DNA of 64,000 nucleotides, taken from NCBI GenBank assembly GCA_964572255.1, contig CAZNEE010000003.1, positions 182,539-246,538 on the forward strand, given 5' to 3'. Positions 23,913 to 34,000 of the stretch are shown here, piece by piece. Below the pieces are notes generated by a model, which saw nothing but the letters and a program-made list of their open reading frames with translations, was not told the origin of the DNA and made no database searches. Within the stretch, counting starts at the first letter, position 1, and each line of letters begins with the position of its first letter. The position numbers were made by a program, and so were the translations under genes. Source of the DNA: an uncultured Planctomycetia bacterium (GTDB taxonomy: Bacteria; Omnitrophota; Gorgyraeia; Tantalellales; Tantalellaceae).

Positions 23913-25976
23913 ATGAAAAAAGACAATAAAACAATATTACTGCTTAGTATTTTACTTGTGATGATCGGATTCGGTGTTTACGCAAACTCGCTTCCCAATC
24001 AATTTGTTTGGGACGATATACACCTTATCAAGAACAATCAAGATATAAAAAGCATCTCTTTGGCAAATCTTAAAACGATATTCACTCATGACATAATGTA
24101 CTTCCTCGAACGCAGTAATTTCTACCGCCCTCTTCAATCCCTCTCGTACATGCTTGATTATAAACTTTGGGGAGAAAACGCTTACGGCTTCCGTCTCATC
24201 AATATACTGATCCATTGCATAAATAGCATTATTATTTTCCTGCTTCTATATCGTCTCTGGCGTAACATGGCTGCTTGCTTTTTAAGCTCACTCTTTTTTC
24301 TGGTGCATCCTTTAAATGTTTCCGCAGTTTCCTACATTGCCGGAAGAGCTGATCTACTGGCCCTCATGTTTTTATTGCTTTCAACAGTATTTCTTTTTAG
24401 ATTCAAAGGATCGGAAACGTTTTTTAATGGCGCGGTCAGCATCCTTTTTTTTATTTTCTCTCTACTTTTAAAAGAGATATGCATTATTTTCCCTGTTTTT
24501 ATTTTTGTTTTTCTATATTTTTCAAAAGAAAATTCCAAAAATTTTACGAAAAATGAGAAATTGTTTATTTCTGTATATCTTTTAATTACAGTAACTTATG
24601 TAATTTTAAGGTTGACTTTATTGAAGTTTACATCCCTGTCCGCTCAGGCCATAAATGCTCCGGATCTTTATTCGCGTCTTTTATCCGCCGCTCCATTTAT
24701 CATTACATATTTGAGACTCATCATACTACCATATGATCTCAGGATGGACAGAGATTTTCAAATACCGACAACAATAATGGACTGGCGCGTGATCGGTGCG
24801 GTGCTCTTGCTTGCCGGAATTATTTATTTTTTCATAACATACGTCAAAAAAGAAAAAACTATCGCTTTGGGAGCAGCCTGGTTCTTTGTATTGCTTTTCC
24901 CTTCGTTGAATATAATCATTCCTTTGAACGCGCCTGTATCAGAGCATTGGCTGTACATACCGTTCTTCGGGATAACGGTGATCCTGGCGTACTTGATCTC
25001 TTTAGTATTCAGGAAAGTACAACTGCCAAAAAACCTTATCTATCTTGGCTTTACATTGATACTTTCGGTTTATGCCGGAACAACGGTACACCTCAATAGG
25101 CAATGGCGAAACGCAGAAACGCTTTTTTCCTACATCACAAAATTCCAACAGGTCCACTGGCGTTCCTACTACAATCTCGGCAGACAGTATTATGAAAACG
25201 GTAAATATCAAGAAGCTATAGAAGAGCTCCAAAAAGCTATTGATGCTAATCCGGAATATTATGAAGCCCTTGTATATATGTTTCTGTCATATGCGAATAT
25301 CGGAGATATCGATCAGGCATCTGAATATTTTACCAAAGCCATAAAAGTAAAACCCAAATCCAGCATAACCTATACCATTTTCGCGCAAGCACTTAAAAAA
25401 GCAAAAAAATCAGATGATGCCGCTAAGATGTACGAAACAGCTATCCGGCTGGATGAAAAAAATATCGATGCCTATAATGCCCTGGGAATAATTTATGCGG
25501 AAAAAGGCCAATATGAAAAGGCCGAAGATATATGGAGCAAGGCCTCTAAAATAGATCCTGATTCTAAAGAAATAAATGCGAATTTAGAAAGACTTTCCAA
25601 AGTAAAAAGTGCACTTCTGACCGAACATATCAAAAAAGGAGATAAATATGCATCCGAGGGTAAATACATTTCGGCGATAAAAGAATATGAAAAGGCCCTG
25701 GAAATTGATGATAAAAATACTTCGATCCATAACAATTTAGGAGTTTTATACGGACTGACCGGAAAAGATGATGCGGCAATAGCTGAATTCGAAAAAGTCA
25801 TTGATATAAATCCAAATAACGCAGGCAGTTACAAGAACATTGCCATAATATATGCCAAATACCCCGAAAAACATGATAAAGCAATAAAATACCTCCGGCT
25901 GTATCTTGAGTTTCCCCTTCCGGATACCGAGCGAAAAAAAGTTGAAGAATCTATAGAAAAGCTGAGAGAGCAATAA
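23913..25976 (+). CDS. GT-C fold glycosyltransferase, protein O-mannosyltransferase-like (PMT_2 / TMTC type), with C-terminal TPR repeats.
   Basis: The ORF encodes 687 aa. The N-terminal ~400 aa are polytopic, with about 10 hydrophobic helices. The first-loop motif VWDDIHLIKNN and YRPLQSLSYMLDYKLWG are typical of PMT_2/TMTC-type O-mannosyltransferases. The C-terminal ~260 aa (about 25150-25976) contain at least 5 TPR-like 34-aa repeats, for example YYNLGRQYYENGKYQEAIEELQKAIDANPEY, AYNALGIIYAEKGQYEKAEDIWSKASKIDPD and IHNNLGVLYGLTGKDDAAIAEFEKVIDINPNN. Confidence 0.75.
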   Translation: MKKDNKTILLLSILLVMIGFGVYANSLPNQFVWDDIHLIKNNQDIKSISLANLKTIFTHDIMYFLERSNFYRPLQSLSYMLDYKLWGENAYGFRLINILIHCINSIIIFLLLYRLWRNMAACFLSSLFFLVHPLNVSAVSYIAGRADLLALMFLLLSTVFLFRFKGSETFFNGAVSILFFIFSLLLKEICIIFPVFIFVFLYFSKENSKNFTKNEKLFISVYLLITVTYVILRLTLLKFTSLSAQAINAPDLYSRLLSAAPFIITYLRLIILPYDLRMDRDFQIPTTIMDWRVIGAVLLLAGIIYFFITYVKKEKTIALGAAWFFVLLFPSLNIIIPLNAPVSEHWLYIPFFGITVILAYLISLVFRKVQLPKNLIYLGFTLILSVYAGTTVHLNRQWRNAETLFSYITKFQQVHWRSYYNLGRQYYENGKYQEAIEELQKAIDANPEYYEALVYMFLSYANIGDIDQASEYFTKAIKVKPKSSITYTIFAQALKKAKKSDDAAKMYETAIRLDEKNIDAYNALGIIYAEKGQYEKAEDIWSKASKIDPDSKEINANLERLSKVKSALLTEHIKKGDKYASEGKYISAIKEYEKALEIDDKNTSIHNNLGVLYGLTGKDDAAIAEFEKVIDINPNNAGSYKNIAIIYAKYPEKHDKAIKYLRLYLEFPLPDTERKKVEESIEKLREQ

Positions 25977-26078
25977 CCTCTTCTTAACAATAACTTCTTC
26001 TTTTAAAAAACCAAAATAAATGCAATTAGCTGTCTAGCTTTTTATTGCCTTAATTAGAAAAAAGTTCTATTATTTTTC

Positions 26079-26107
26079 TTGAACTAATGTGTTAAGAGGA
26101 TTAAAAT
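26079..26107 (+). promoter_or_regulatory. Candidate sigma70-like promoter for the HEAT-repeat gene.
   Basis: TTGAAC (26079-26084), a 17-nt spacer, then TAAAAT (26102-26107). It lies ~95 nt upstream of the ATG at 26201 in an AT-rich 224-bp intergenic region. Confidence 0.3.
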
Positions 26108-26200
26108 ATAGCTAGTTAAAGAACAAAAAGTGTTCTCTCATATAAAATATCAATATATTTAATATTGTTCATTATTAATATAAAAACGAAAGAGAGTAAT

Positions 26201-29200
26201 ATGAATACGTCGAAAAAAGTCCACCCTATCATCAAGACGATCTCCACAATATTAATAATCACTTTTATTAACCTTAATATCTCCTGGGCATATCCTGCTG
26301 ACCCGGCCGTAAGAAGTACAGTTGCTACTCCCCGGATATTCCAATTGCCTCAATATCTATCCTCCGAATTTCAAAGGGATCAGTTGGAAGCTTTCAGGGA
26401 TATAAAATTACTTTCTTCGGTTTTTAACATAACAAAATACCTGTTGGAAGTCCCGGATAAGGATGCGCGAAAGAAACGTTTGAATTCTCTTGAGACTTTA
26501 ATGCGTAAAGAATTGGGGGACTTCACTCAAAATATAGACCTTGAGCATGTTCACATCACGGGGATCGATATATCCATTGACCTTTTCAGTGACGGGACCG
26601 TCATCATCCCCTATACCAAGGATAATAAAAAATATATCATCGCGGTATCAGAGAAAAGCGCTATTCCCGAAAAATACGTGCGGGAGTATCCTTTAACGAT
26701 CGCTGAAAATTACATAGCTATACTATTGCCTGAAGATTATGAAGAGATCATGGCTTATCGAAAATCCGCCCTCCCCGCCCAAAAGAAAGAAGAAATACAG
26801 GCAAGCATATCCGAGCAAATTACTAACGTCACTATTGATACTATCGAAGTGGAAAACAATGACACTGTCATAAAAAGTAAAAGTGCAATAAATATAAGAA
26901 CTTACATCAAAGCTCTTTCACTTCTGTTATTCCTTTTTCTTGCATGCTTCCAACTCGCCTGCGGGAAAAAAGCGGACAAAACGCCCGGGCAGGAAAAAGA
27001 ATCCAGGGAGATCACCGAAACCGAAACCCCCGAACCGCAAGAAGAAGTCAAGCCCGAATCACCGGAAGAAAAGATCCGCAAGCTGATTAAACTGCTTCCT
27101 CATGACGGAAAAGAAATAGAAATAAGCCAAGGCGCCACTATGCAGATAAATTCTGTTGAAAGCCTGATAAAAATAGGAAAACCCGCCGTACCGTTTTTAA
27201 TAGAAGCTTACAAGGAAGAGGCTGATCTTGAAACGCGTATAAAAATAATTTCAGTTTTAAGGCAAATACATGACGAGAAAAGCATACCTGTATTTATAAA
27301 AGCCTCTAAAGACAATAACGCCCGTATCCGTGAAGAAGCCGTGGGAGCTTTGTGTAAATTTCCAAAAGATGAAAGAGTGCTTCCTGCCCTTACAGAAGCA
27401 CTGAAAGATCCTGAAAAAAATGTGCGTTCACGCGCTTTAGATGCGCTGGTTGAGACCGGCGATAAAACAGCCGCCCCGGCCATTATGGAACTGTTGAAGG
27501 ATGAAAATCCCTTCATTCGTGAAAACGCAGTGACGGCTCTGGAAAAACTCGGCGTCAAAGAAGCCCTGCCGGCACTTATTGAAGCTTCGCGAACCGACAA
27601 AGACAAGGATGTCAGAAAAGCCATAGTGTCATTTTTGGAAAAACTCGGCACCAAAGAAGCCTTAGCGGTTTTAATTGAGCTTTCTGAAATCGATAAAGAC
27701 TCCTCTGTACGTAAGGCCGCTAAAGGAGCTTTGGAAGAATTTGATAAAGACGTTATCTTTCTCGGTTTTGTTGAAGCGCTGAAAAATGAAAGCTATTATG
27801 TCCGGCGCCCTGCCGTTCGATCACTGGGTGAAATGAAAGATAAAAAAGCCGTACCGGCTCTTATGGAAGTACTACTTAAGGACAGTGATGATGCTATCCG
27901 CAGAGAGGCCGCATGGTCTCTTGGCAATATCGGCGATAAAAAAGCTGTTCCGGCGCTTATCGAAACGCTTAAAGATACGGAACATGATGTACGTTCAGGC
28001 GCCGCAAAAGCTCTGGGTGAACTTAAAGCTCAAGAGGCAGTCCCGGCTCTTATTGAAGCTTTGAAAGATAAAAATAAAAGCTTGCGTTCAAACGCAGCCG
28101 AAGCTTTGGGTAAAATTGGCAATAAAGATGCTATTTCTGCTTTAATTGAAATTGCCCTTAAAGATGAATACGATATTGCGCGTAATTTTGCTACATATGC
28201 ATTGGGTAAAATTGGCATTAAAGATGCCCTCCCGGGCCTTACGCAGGCTTTACTTAAAGATAAAGACCGATTTATACGCGAAAAAACCGCAAAGGTTTTG
28301 GGTGAGATCGGAGATGAAAGCGCGCTCTCTGCTCTTACAGAAGCTTCAAAAGACGAAAGTTGGGATGTACGTGAAGCAGCTAAAAAAGCTATTGAAGAAA
28401 TAAAACAAAGGGCGAAAGCAAAAAAAGACCAGGCTCAAAAGAACATCCTGCCCCTCCACCCGTTGTCATTGGTCCTGGGTGTATCGATCGCCGCTAATCT
28501 TGCGCCCGGAACAGGAATTTTATCATCCATATACCCTTTTATTGCCATAGGAGCGATCTTGGCGACCAGCATGTGGGTGGTATCAACAATAAAACCAAAA
28601 ATCAAACCCGAACTTACAGGCGCTAAAAAAGACCAAACCGCAATAAGGCCTGTCCGCGCTATTATCTCACTCCTGCTGTTATTGGCCCTTGTAGTCTCCA
28701 CGGCTTCTTGTAAAAAAGCGGATAAGGACACTGCAGCCAAAGATGAGCCTGTTAAAGTCGTTCAATTATCACAGGCTGAAGTTGAAAAAATGGAAAAAGC
28801 CATTCAGGACTTAAAAAGCGAAACCTGGGAAACCCGGGAAGCTGCAATTGTAGTTCTGAGTGAAATAGCCTCTGAAAAAGCTATCCCCGCTCTTATTGAA
28901 GCGGTAAAGAAAGAAGAGTCACCGGGACGAAAACGAGATTATCTTAAAGTTTTAATAAAAACGGGCAAACCTTCACTCCAGCCTCTCATTAAAGTCCTGC
29001 GAAATAAAGATGAAAACGCCTGGACGCGTAAATATGTAATTAAAGCTTTAGGTGAAATGGGGTATGAAGAAGCAATACCGGAACTTATTAAAGCACTGAA
29101 AGGCACTAATTCAAATGTAAAGGGAGATGAGGCAACTTATGAAAGACATTCAGCCAGAGATGCTTTAATAAAAATAGGAAAACCCGCTATCCCAGCTTTA

Positions 29201-30829
29201 ATGACTGTTTTAGACCATGAAAATAAATATGTCCGCTCTAATGCCACCGATGCCTTGATCGGAATAGGAGGAAAAGAAGCTGTCCCGGGACTTATAAAAA
29301 TGCTAAAGGATGAAGTTGACTTTATACGCACCGATGCAGTTGTTGCTTTGGGCAATATAGGGGATAAAAGTGCCGTCGATGGCCTTATCGAAACACTTGA
29401 AGATGAAGATTATGACATCCGAATGAAAGCTGCGGAAGCTCTTGGTAAAATCGGAGATGAAAGAGCCGTTCCTGCACTTACTAAAGCAAAAAGAGATTTT
29501 GAAAAACCAGTACGTGACGCTGCTAAAGAGGCATTAAAGAAAATAGAAAATAGATCCGAGCCTGAGGTAAAAACAAAACAGAGCAATATCTTGCCCCTTC
29601 ATCCTTTGAGCATGGTATTAACTCTCCCTGTGGCAAATTTGCTTTTTCCGGGACAAAATATTTTAACCTTTATATATCCCCTACTCGCCATAGGAACGAT
29701 CTTAACGACCGGCATGTGGGTAGTATCCGCAATAAGATCAAAGCCGGAGAAGTCTGAATTAAAAGATACTGAAAAAGCGTCGCAAACCGCAGAAGAAAGG
29801 TCCCCGGCAAAAGATCAGCCTGTGCGAACTCAAAACTTAGATCAAAAATCTCTTATCGCGTCCGGGTTTGATGTTTCCGGAATATTTGAATCGGTAGAGG
29901 CTTCGGTAAATAACACCAGAACGGAATTGGTGAATTCAGGAGAAATCCTACTGGATTTTTTAACTGAAAGAACGGATATTTTGACTGAAGACATATTCGT
30001 CTCGCCTGAAATGAACAGGGACAATTTAACTCCCCTCTTAAAAGCCCAATTGGAACTCTTATTAAAGAAGATGGACCAGCTTCAAGAATTATCCGCTGAT
30101 GGTAATATCGAAGCTGTAGAATTTCCCGATTCGATTGATCTTGCGGAAAGAACGATCAGAGCAAATATAAACAATCTTGGGGCGAACAGTGTGATCTCAA
30201 ACTTAATAGTGCTTGCCAGGCGCGCGAAAAGAGATGATCAAAACCTTATAATAGGCCTTGATACCAGCTGGATACCAGCATACAAAAAGGGCAAGCTGCA
30301 GCATAATGCCATAAACCCTCTCATAAACGTGGTTAAATCTTTGGGAGACACGCTCAAGAGTATAGGGATAGATAACGTAACTATAATTTCGGGCGAAGGT
30401 TCCGACCTGGCGAATAAACTGATCGCGGAAAAAGATGAGACATCCAATAAACTTTCAAATATTATAGCTCTTGCATCAGCTGATACTATAAATTCCAACA
30501 GCTTTACGCCGCTTCGAAGCACACAGACTGACAAAAGAGCGTTCCTTGCCGCTGTTGACCCGACAGAACTCAATGAATTTTACGAAAAACACAAGGAATC
30601 CTTGAACAAGCAGATTAGTATAAAGATCATTGAGATGCTGTCAATAGCAATGGAATTGGCATCAAAAAGCGATCACTCCGTTGCCCTTCCCAGGATCGTC
30701 GGGACCATTGAACTTGATTACAACGAATCGCTGAGAATGGTAATATTTCTGCCTAAAGCGGGCCCTCACAAATACAAAGATATCCAAGATAAATACAAAA
30801 ATGAACGAACCGCTCTTCTTTCCATGTAA
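26201..30829 (+). CDS. Large HEAT-repeat (PBS-lyase HEAT_2-like) membrane or lipoprotein-like protein with an internal duplication.
   Basis: The ORF track starts at the TTG at 26165. I prefer the ATG at 26201 (MNTSKKVHP...), which is preceded by the purine-rich GAAAGAGAG. The protein has an N-terminal hydrophobic signal, IIKTISTILIITFINLNISWA. There are two arrays of canonical ~31-aa HEAT_2 repeats, for example D.VR..AA.ALG.IGDKKAVPALIE.LKD. A conserved TM hairpin follows each array: NILPLHPLSLVLGVSIAANL...SMWVVSTIKPK and SNILPLHPLSMVLTLPVANL...GMWVVSAIRSKPEKS. Two internal hydrophobic segments end in lipobox-like Cys-KKADK: LLLFLFLACFQLACGKKADK and LLLLLALVVSTASCKKADKD. Confidence 0.8.
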   Translation: MNTSKKVHPIIKTISTILIITFINLNISWAYPADPAVRSTVATPRIFQLPQYLSSEFQRDQLEAFRDIKLLSSVFNITKYLLEVPDKDARKKRLNSLETLMRKELGDFTQNIDLEHVHITGIDISIDLFSDGTVIIPYTKDNKKYIIAVSEKSAIPEKYVREYPLTIAENYIAILLPEDYEEIMAYRKSALPAQKKEEIQASISEQITNVTIDTIEVENNDTVIKSKSAINIRTYIKALSLLLFLFLACFQLACGKKADKTPGQEKESREITETETPEPQEEVKPESPEEKIRKLIKLLPHDGKEIEISQGATMQINSVESLIKIGKPAVPFLIEAYKEEADLETRIKIISVLRQIHDEKSIPVFIKASKDNNARIREEAVGALCKFPKDERVLPALTEALKDPEKNVRSRALDALVETGDKTAAPAIMELLKDENPFIRENAVTALEKLGVKEALPALIEASRTDKDKDVRKAIVSFLEKLGTKEALAVLIELSEIDKDSSVRKAAKGALEEFDKDVIFLGFVEALKNESYYVRRPAVRSLGEMKDKKAVPALMEVLLKDSDDAIRREAAWSLGNIGDKKAVPALIETLKDTEHDVRSGAAKALGELKAQEAVPALIEALKDKNKSLRSNAAEALGKIGNKDAISALIEIALKDEYDIARNFATYALGKIGIKDALPGLTQALLKDKDRFIREKTAKVLGEIGDESALSALTEASKDESWDVREAAKKAIEEIKQRAKAKKDQAQKNILPLHPLSLVLGVSIAANLAPGTGILSSIYPFIAIGAILATSMWVVSTIKPKIKPELTGAKKDQTAIRPVRAIISLLLLLALVVSTASCKKADKDTAAKDEPVKVVQLSQAEVEKMEKAIQDLKSETWETREAAIVVLSEIASEKAIPALIEAVKKEESPGRKRDYLKVLIKTGKPSLQPLIKVLRNKDENAWTRKYVIKALGEMGYEEAIPELIKALKGTNSNVKGDEATYERHSARDALIKIGKPAIPALMTVLDHENKYVRSNATDALIGIGGKEAVPGLIKMLKDEVDFIRTDAVVALGNIGDKSAVDGLIETLEDEDYDIRMKAAEALGKIGDERAVPALTKAKRDFEKPVRDAAKEALKKIENRSEPEVKTKQSNILPLHPLSMVLTLPVANLLFPGQNILTFIYPLLAIGTILTTGMWVVSAIRSKPEKSELKDTEKASQTAEERSPAKDQPVRTQNLDQKSLIASGFDVSGIFESVEASVNNTRTELVNSGEILLDFLTERTDILTEDIFVSPEMNRDNLTPLLKAQLELLLKKMDQLQELSADGNIEAVEFPDSIDLAERTIRANINNLGANSVISNLIVLARRAKRDDQNLIIGLDTSWIPAYKKGKLQHNAINPLINVVKSLGDTLKSIGIDNVTIISGEGSDLANKLIAEKDETSNKLSNIIALASADTINSNSFTPLRSTQTDKRAFLAAVDPTELNEFYEKHKESLNKQISIKIIEMLSIAMELASKSDHSVALPRIVGTIELDYNESLRMVIFLPKAGPHKYKDIQDKYKNERTALLSM
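27050..29530 (+). repeat. Two arrays of HEAT_2 / PBS-lyase-type repeats (protein-level) within the 26201..30829 gene.
   Basis: Array 1 spans about 27050-28400 with more than 12 repeats, for example VRREAAWSLGNIGDKKAVPALIETLKDTEHD, VRSGAAKALGELKAQEAVPALIEALKDKNKS and LRSNAAEALGKIGNKDAISALIEIALKDEYD. Array 2 spans about 28790-29530, for example VRSNATDALIGIGGKEAVPGLIKMLKDEVDF and IRTDAVVALGNIGDKSAVDGLIETLEDEDYD. Confidence 0.7.
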
Positions 30830-30854
30830 GAAATTATCCCTGGGTGGGAATGAC

Positions 30855-30887
30855 ATAAAAAACCAGGCTGCTCAAAAGAGCAGCCTG
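30855..30887 (-). terminator. Rho-independent terminator for giant gene D. It may also act in the other direction.
   Basis: A perfect 11-bp GC-rich stem, CCAGGCTGCTC (30862-30872) / GAGCAGCCTGG (30877-30887), with a 4-nt loop AAAA. On the minus strand the stem is followed by U6 (complement of the A-run 30855-30860). It lies 133 nt downstream of the gene D stop (31020) and 26 nt downstream of the 26201..30829 stop. Confidence 0.55.
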
Positions 30888-30895
30888 GTCCGTAT

Positions 30896-30974
30896 CGGAA
30901 GCCGGTAGGTGTAAGTGGCTTCCTTTCGCTAGTATTGCATCCCCCGGATGCGGAGGGGGATAACCTCCGCATCC
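30896..30974 (+). terminator. Two additional stem-loops in the convergent intergenic region. A weak terminator candidate for the plus-strand gene.
   Basis: GGAAGCC (30896-30902) / GGCTTCC (30917-30923) with a 13-nt loop, followed by TTTCGCT. GGATGCGGAGG (30946-30956) / CCTCCGCATCC (30964-30974) is an 11-bp stem with a 7-nt loop and no U-tract. Confidence 0.3.
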
Positions 30975-31019
30975 AAGGCTGGAAGCTGGTAGGTGTCTAG
31001 CAACTTCCATAAAATTCTG

Positions 31020-34000
31020 TTAAAGAGCAATAGCTGTCTTTGTAATCGAGTTAATAAACTCCATTATATTTTTCATAATATCAATGGCGCTTATCGGCAT
31101 TAAATTGAACTTACCTCCAAGCATGCTTCTGATAAGATCCATATCCTTACACGCCAGCGCAAGGCCGGCCGGCTTTTCATTTACCCTGTCCTTGGTGGCC
31201 ATCCTTACCATGACGCTCATGATAGGCATCGCCGCCAAGAGAGCATTCTTACCCTTCAGGTTTTCATCTTCTGTATTCGCTATCAGCATATTAAAGAGCT
31301 CTGATGCTTTTGTCACCTTATTACTATGGTCACGGATCGCTTCCAGGTCTTCTGTATTCTCAGCAACGGCTATTGCCACGTAAGCCGCATCTGAATCGAA
31401 TCTGAGATCAGGCCGCACTTTCATCTCTTCGATACACTCGTTAACTGCCCCAACTATAGTCGACCCTTCTTCAAACTCGACTATTTCGACCTCACTTACC
31501 GGGATCTCCGCCTCGGTAATGATCCTTTCAACCTCGCCTGTCATGCCTTTATCAACCACTATGACAGGTCTTATAAACTCTATTCCATGCGCCTGTTTGG
31601 CAATATGTCTTATCATATCCTCATTGAACAAACGATCGCCCCTGGCATCAAACGCAGGAACTACTGTCTTCTCGAACAGCCCTGCTTTGTTAAAGAGTTC
31701 TGCAAGCGAAATTATGAGTTCCACCGGACTCTTCGCTTCGGTCATTTTGCGCCTGAATTCTTCTATGTCGATCTTTCCGTCCTCGATGGCTTCAGTGATC
31801 TCAGGCCTGGTCAATGCCATGGCCATTCCGTCAATAAATTCACGCGGCAGGCCTGTATCGGACATGATCTCAGGTATAAGCGTCCCCAAAGCAGCCGGTG
31901 AGACAAATCCCGGCACTTCAACAGGAGCTTCTTCAACGGCCTTTTTGATCACCGCAGGTATATGTTTCTCAAGTTCGGCTTTCTTGGCCGCTATACGTGC
32001 CGCACGATCTGCTACATCTTTTGATACTCCCGTGATCTGCATGACCCTGCTTGCGACCGCACCATCTCTGACGATCGCATCTATCTTAAACCTCAACTGG
32101 TTGATCTGTGCGGAACTGAGAGTATCCACAGAACCGGATAAGAATATTTCAAGCGCGCTGCTCAGGCCAAATCCGGCTTCACTATACCTTGCGCTCTCAA
32201 CAGCTATCATCGCCAGCACATCAAGGTCGGAACCATCCATCTCTCTTATAAGCGATAATTCTCTTGCGTCAAAATCCCCTCTGGCCTCATCGGGTATAAA
32301 CAGCTGCAGTTCGCCGCTTTCCGTCTTACGTACTTTTACAAGATCCAGATTAAACAGCTCCTGTTCGATATTAAATTTACTTGTCGGAACCTTGCCGGTC
32401 TGATACGCTACAGCAGCATCTACTGCTCTGTCACCCGACAGTTCGATCTCGACATCTTCAACCTCAAGAAGTTTTTCAAGGTTTGTTCTTACAGCATTGG
32501 GCATCTTATCTAGATCAACGGAAACTAACCTAGCACGGTCTTCTCTGAACCTTACAGCCCCACTTAACTGTTTACCTTTCTCCAATGCGGTACCCAGGAA
32601 CTGCTGAGCAAAGAATGCATGACCAACCGGCCTTACACCCGCCTTGATGCTTTCTGAAGCGATTTGTACGCCCTTTAAAAGAACCGGTACAGCTACCGCA
32701 GTTCCTAATGCAATAAGAGCGACTAATGCAACATTTAATCCTGCAGCCAATGCTGTTAAGCTTAACACAGAAACCGCGCTAAATGTCATGAGTCCTCCGA
32801 TCTGAGCAAATCCTGCCTCAGCCGACGGAACCTCAGCCGCTACAGCTGGCGAAACTTTAGCTGCTACAGCTAGTGCTTTGGTTAATTTCTCTATTGTGTC
32901 ATCTATCTTTGTCATTTGCTGTCTGATACTGCCAATTTCCTTCGTGATGTTGCCCTGTAAATCCTTAAGATCCTGCTTGGCTTTCTCTGATAGCCCACTT
33001 AACTCTTTTACTAATTCATCTAGATTACTTTGCATTTTTTCGATTTTTGGCTTTTCAGTTGCGAGAAAAGCTTTTAATTCTTCAAGCTTATCCATCTGAT
33101 CTTTTGGTACTGCCATGTTATCTCTGGCGTAGCGCTCCATTATGCCCTGCAGTTGATTAAATTCTCCTACCTTAAGGTTATAAGATCGTATCTCTTGATC
33201 AAGCATGATTTCATCGACTTGTATATTGCTTCTCAATTCTTTTTCCGCTGCTCTGGCTTCGTCTATTAACGCGCTCCGTTGATCGCTAAGCTGGTTCTCC
33301 AGCCCTTGGATCTTGTTCTTTAGTTCTTGACGTTCCCCTTCCAATAAGCGGATTCTGTTCTCCAGCTGCTGGACCTCTTTTGTCTTCGGAGCCTTTGCCT
33401 CAGCTAATTCAATGCGTTCGTAAAGATTTACCGCCTGATCCATTTGTCTGCCAAGCGTTCCGCTCCTCATGCCAAGTACTACTTCTGCATCCTGCAAAGC
33501 TCTCAGCTTATCCGACATAAGAACATCTCTGCTTAACCAATCTGCTATCTTTCCTTCTTCGGAATATTCAGATTCTAATTTCCTGATCGCGGAAATGGTT
33601 CTCTCTATATCCATTCTTTCAGCTGCCTCTCCCATTCCTTCTGAAAGCCCTTTATACGCATCCGCAACTTTTTGGATTATTTCAAAATCCGTACCCACTA
33701 ATGAAGAGAGAATAATCTCAAGCTTGACATCATATTTACCGGCTATCCTCTTAGCCTGTCTCATAGTCTTGTTCTCGATCGACACAAACTCATTAATTGC
33801 TTCTCTTCTAGTGCGAATCTTTTGTCTCTCAGGATCAAGCTCGTTAACCTTATCAGTTAACTTATCTGCTAACTCAATATTTTCTTTTAATCTTGCTTCT
33901 TTAGCCGTTTCCTGATAATACCTCAAGAGAACATCCTTTAATGCCATCTCTTGGGCCTTCTCTGCGCCAACCTTATAGTTCATCGCAAACAGAATTGAAG

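Noticed and set aside
23952-25973. Minus-strand small ORFs inside the glycosyltransferase gene (23952..24215, 24332..24538, 25002..25232, 25493..25801 and 25746..25973), and minus-strand ORFs inside the HEAT gene (for example 27208..27654 and 28435..28740).
   Set aside because: They are antisense to well-supported plus-strand CDSs with recognisable domains. None has an independent coding signal.
26019-26045. Possible terminator after the glycosyltransferase gene (tagctgtctagc followed by TTTTTATT).
   Set aside because: Only a 3-4-bp stem. I judged it too weak to call.
26165-26200. The ORF-track start at 26165 (TTG, MFIINIKTKESNM...).
   Set aside because: The ATG at 26201 is preceded by the purine-rich SD-like GAAAGAGAG and begins a typical signal-peptide-like sequence (MNTSKKVHPIIKTISTILIITF). 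The upstream TTG lies in the AT-rich promoter-like spacer.
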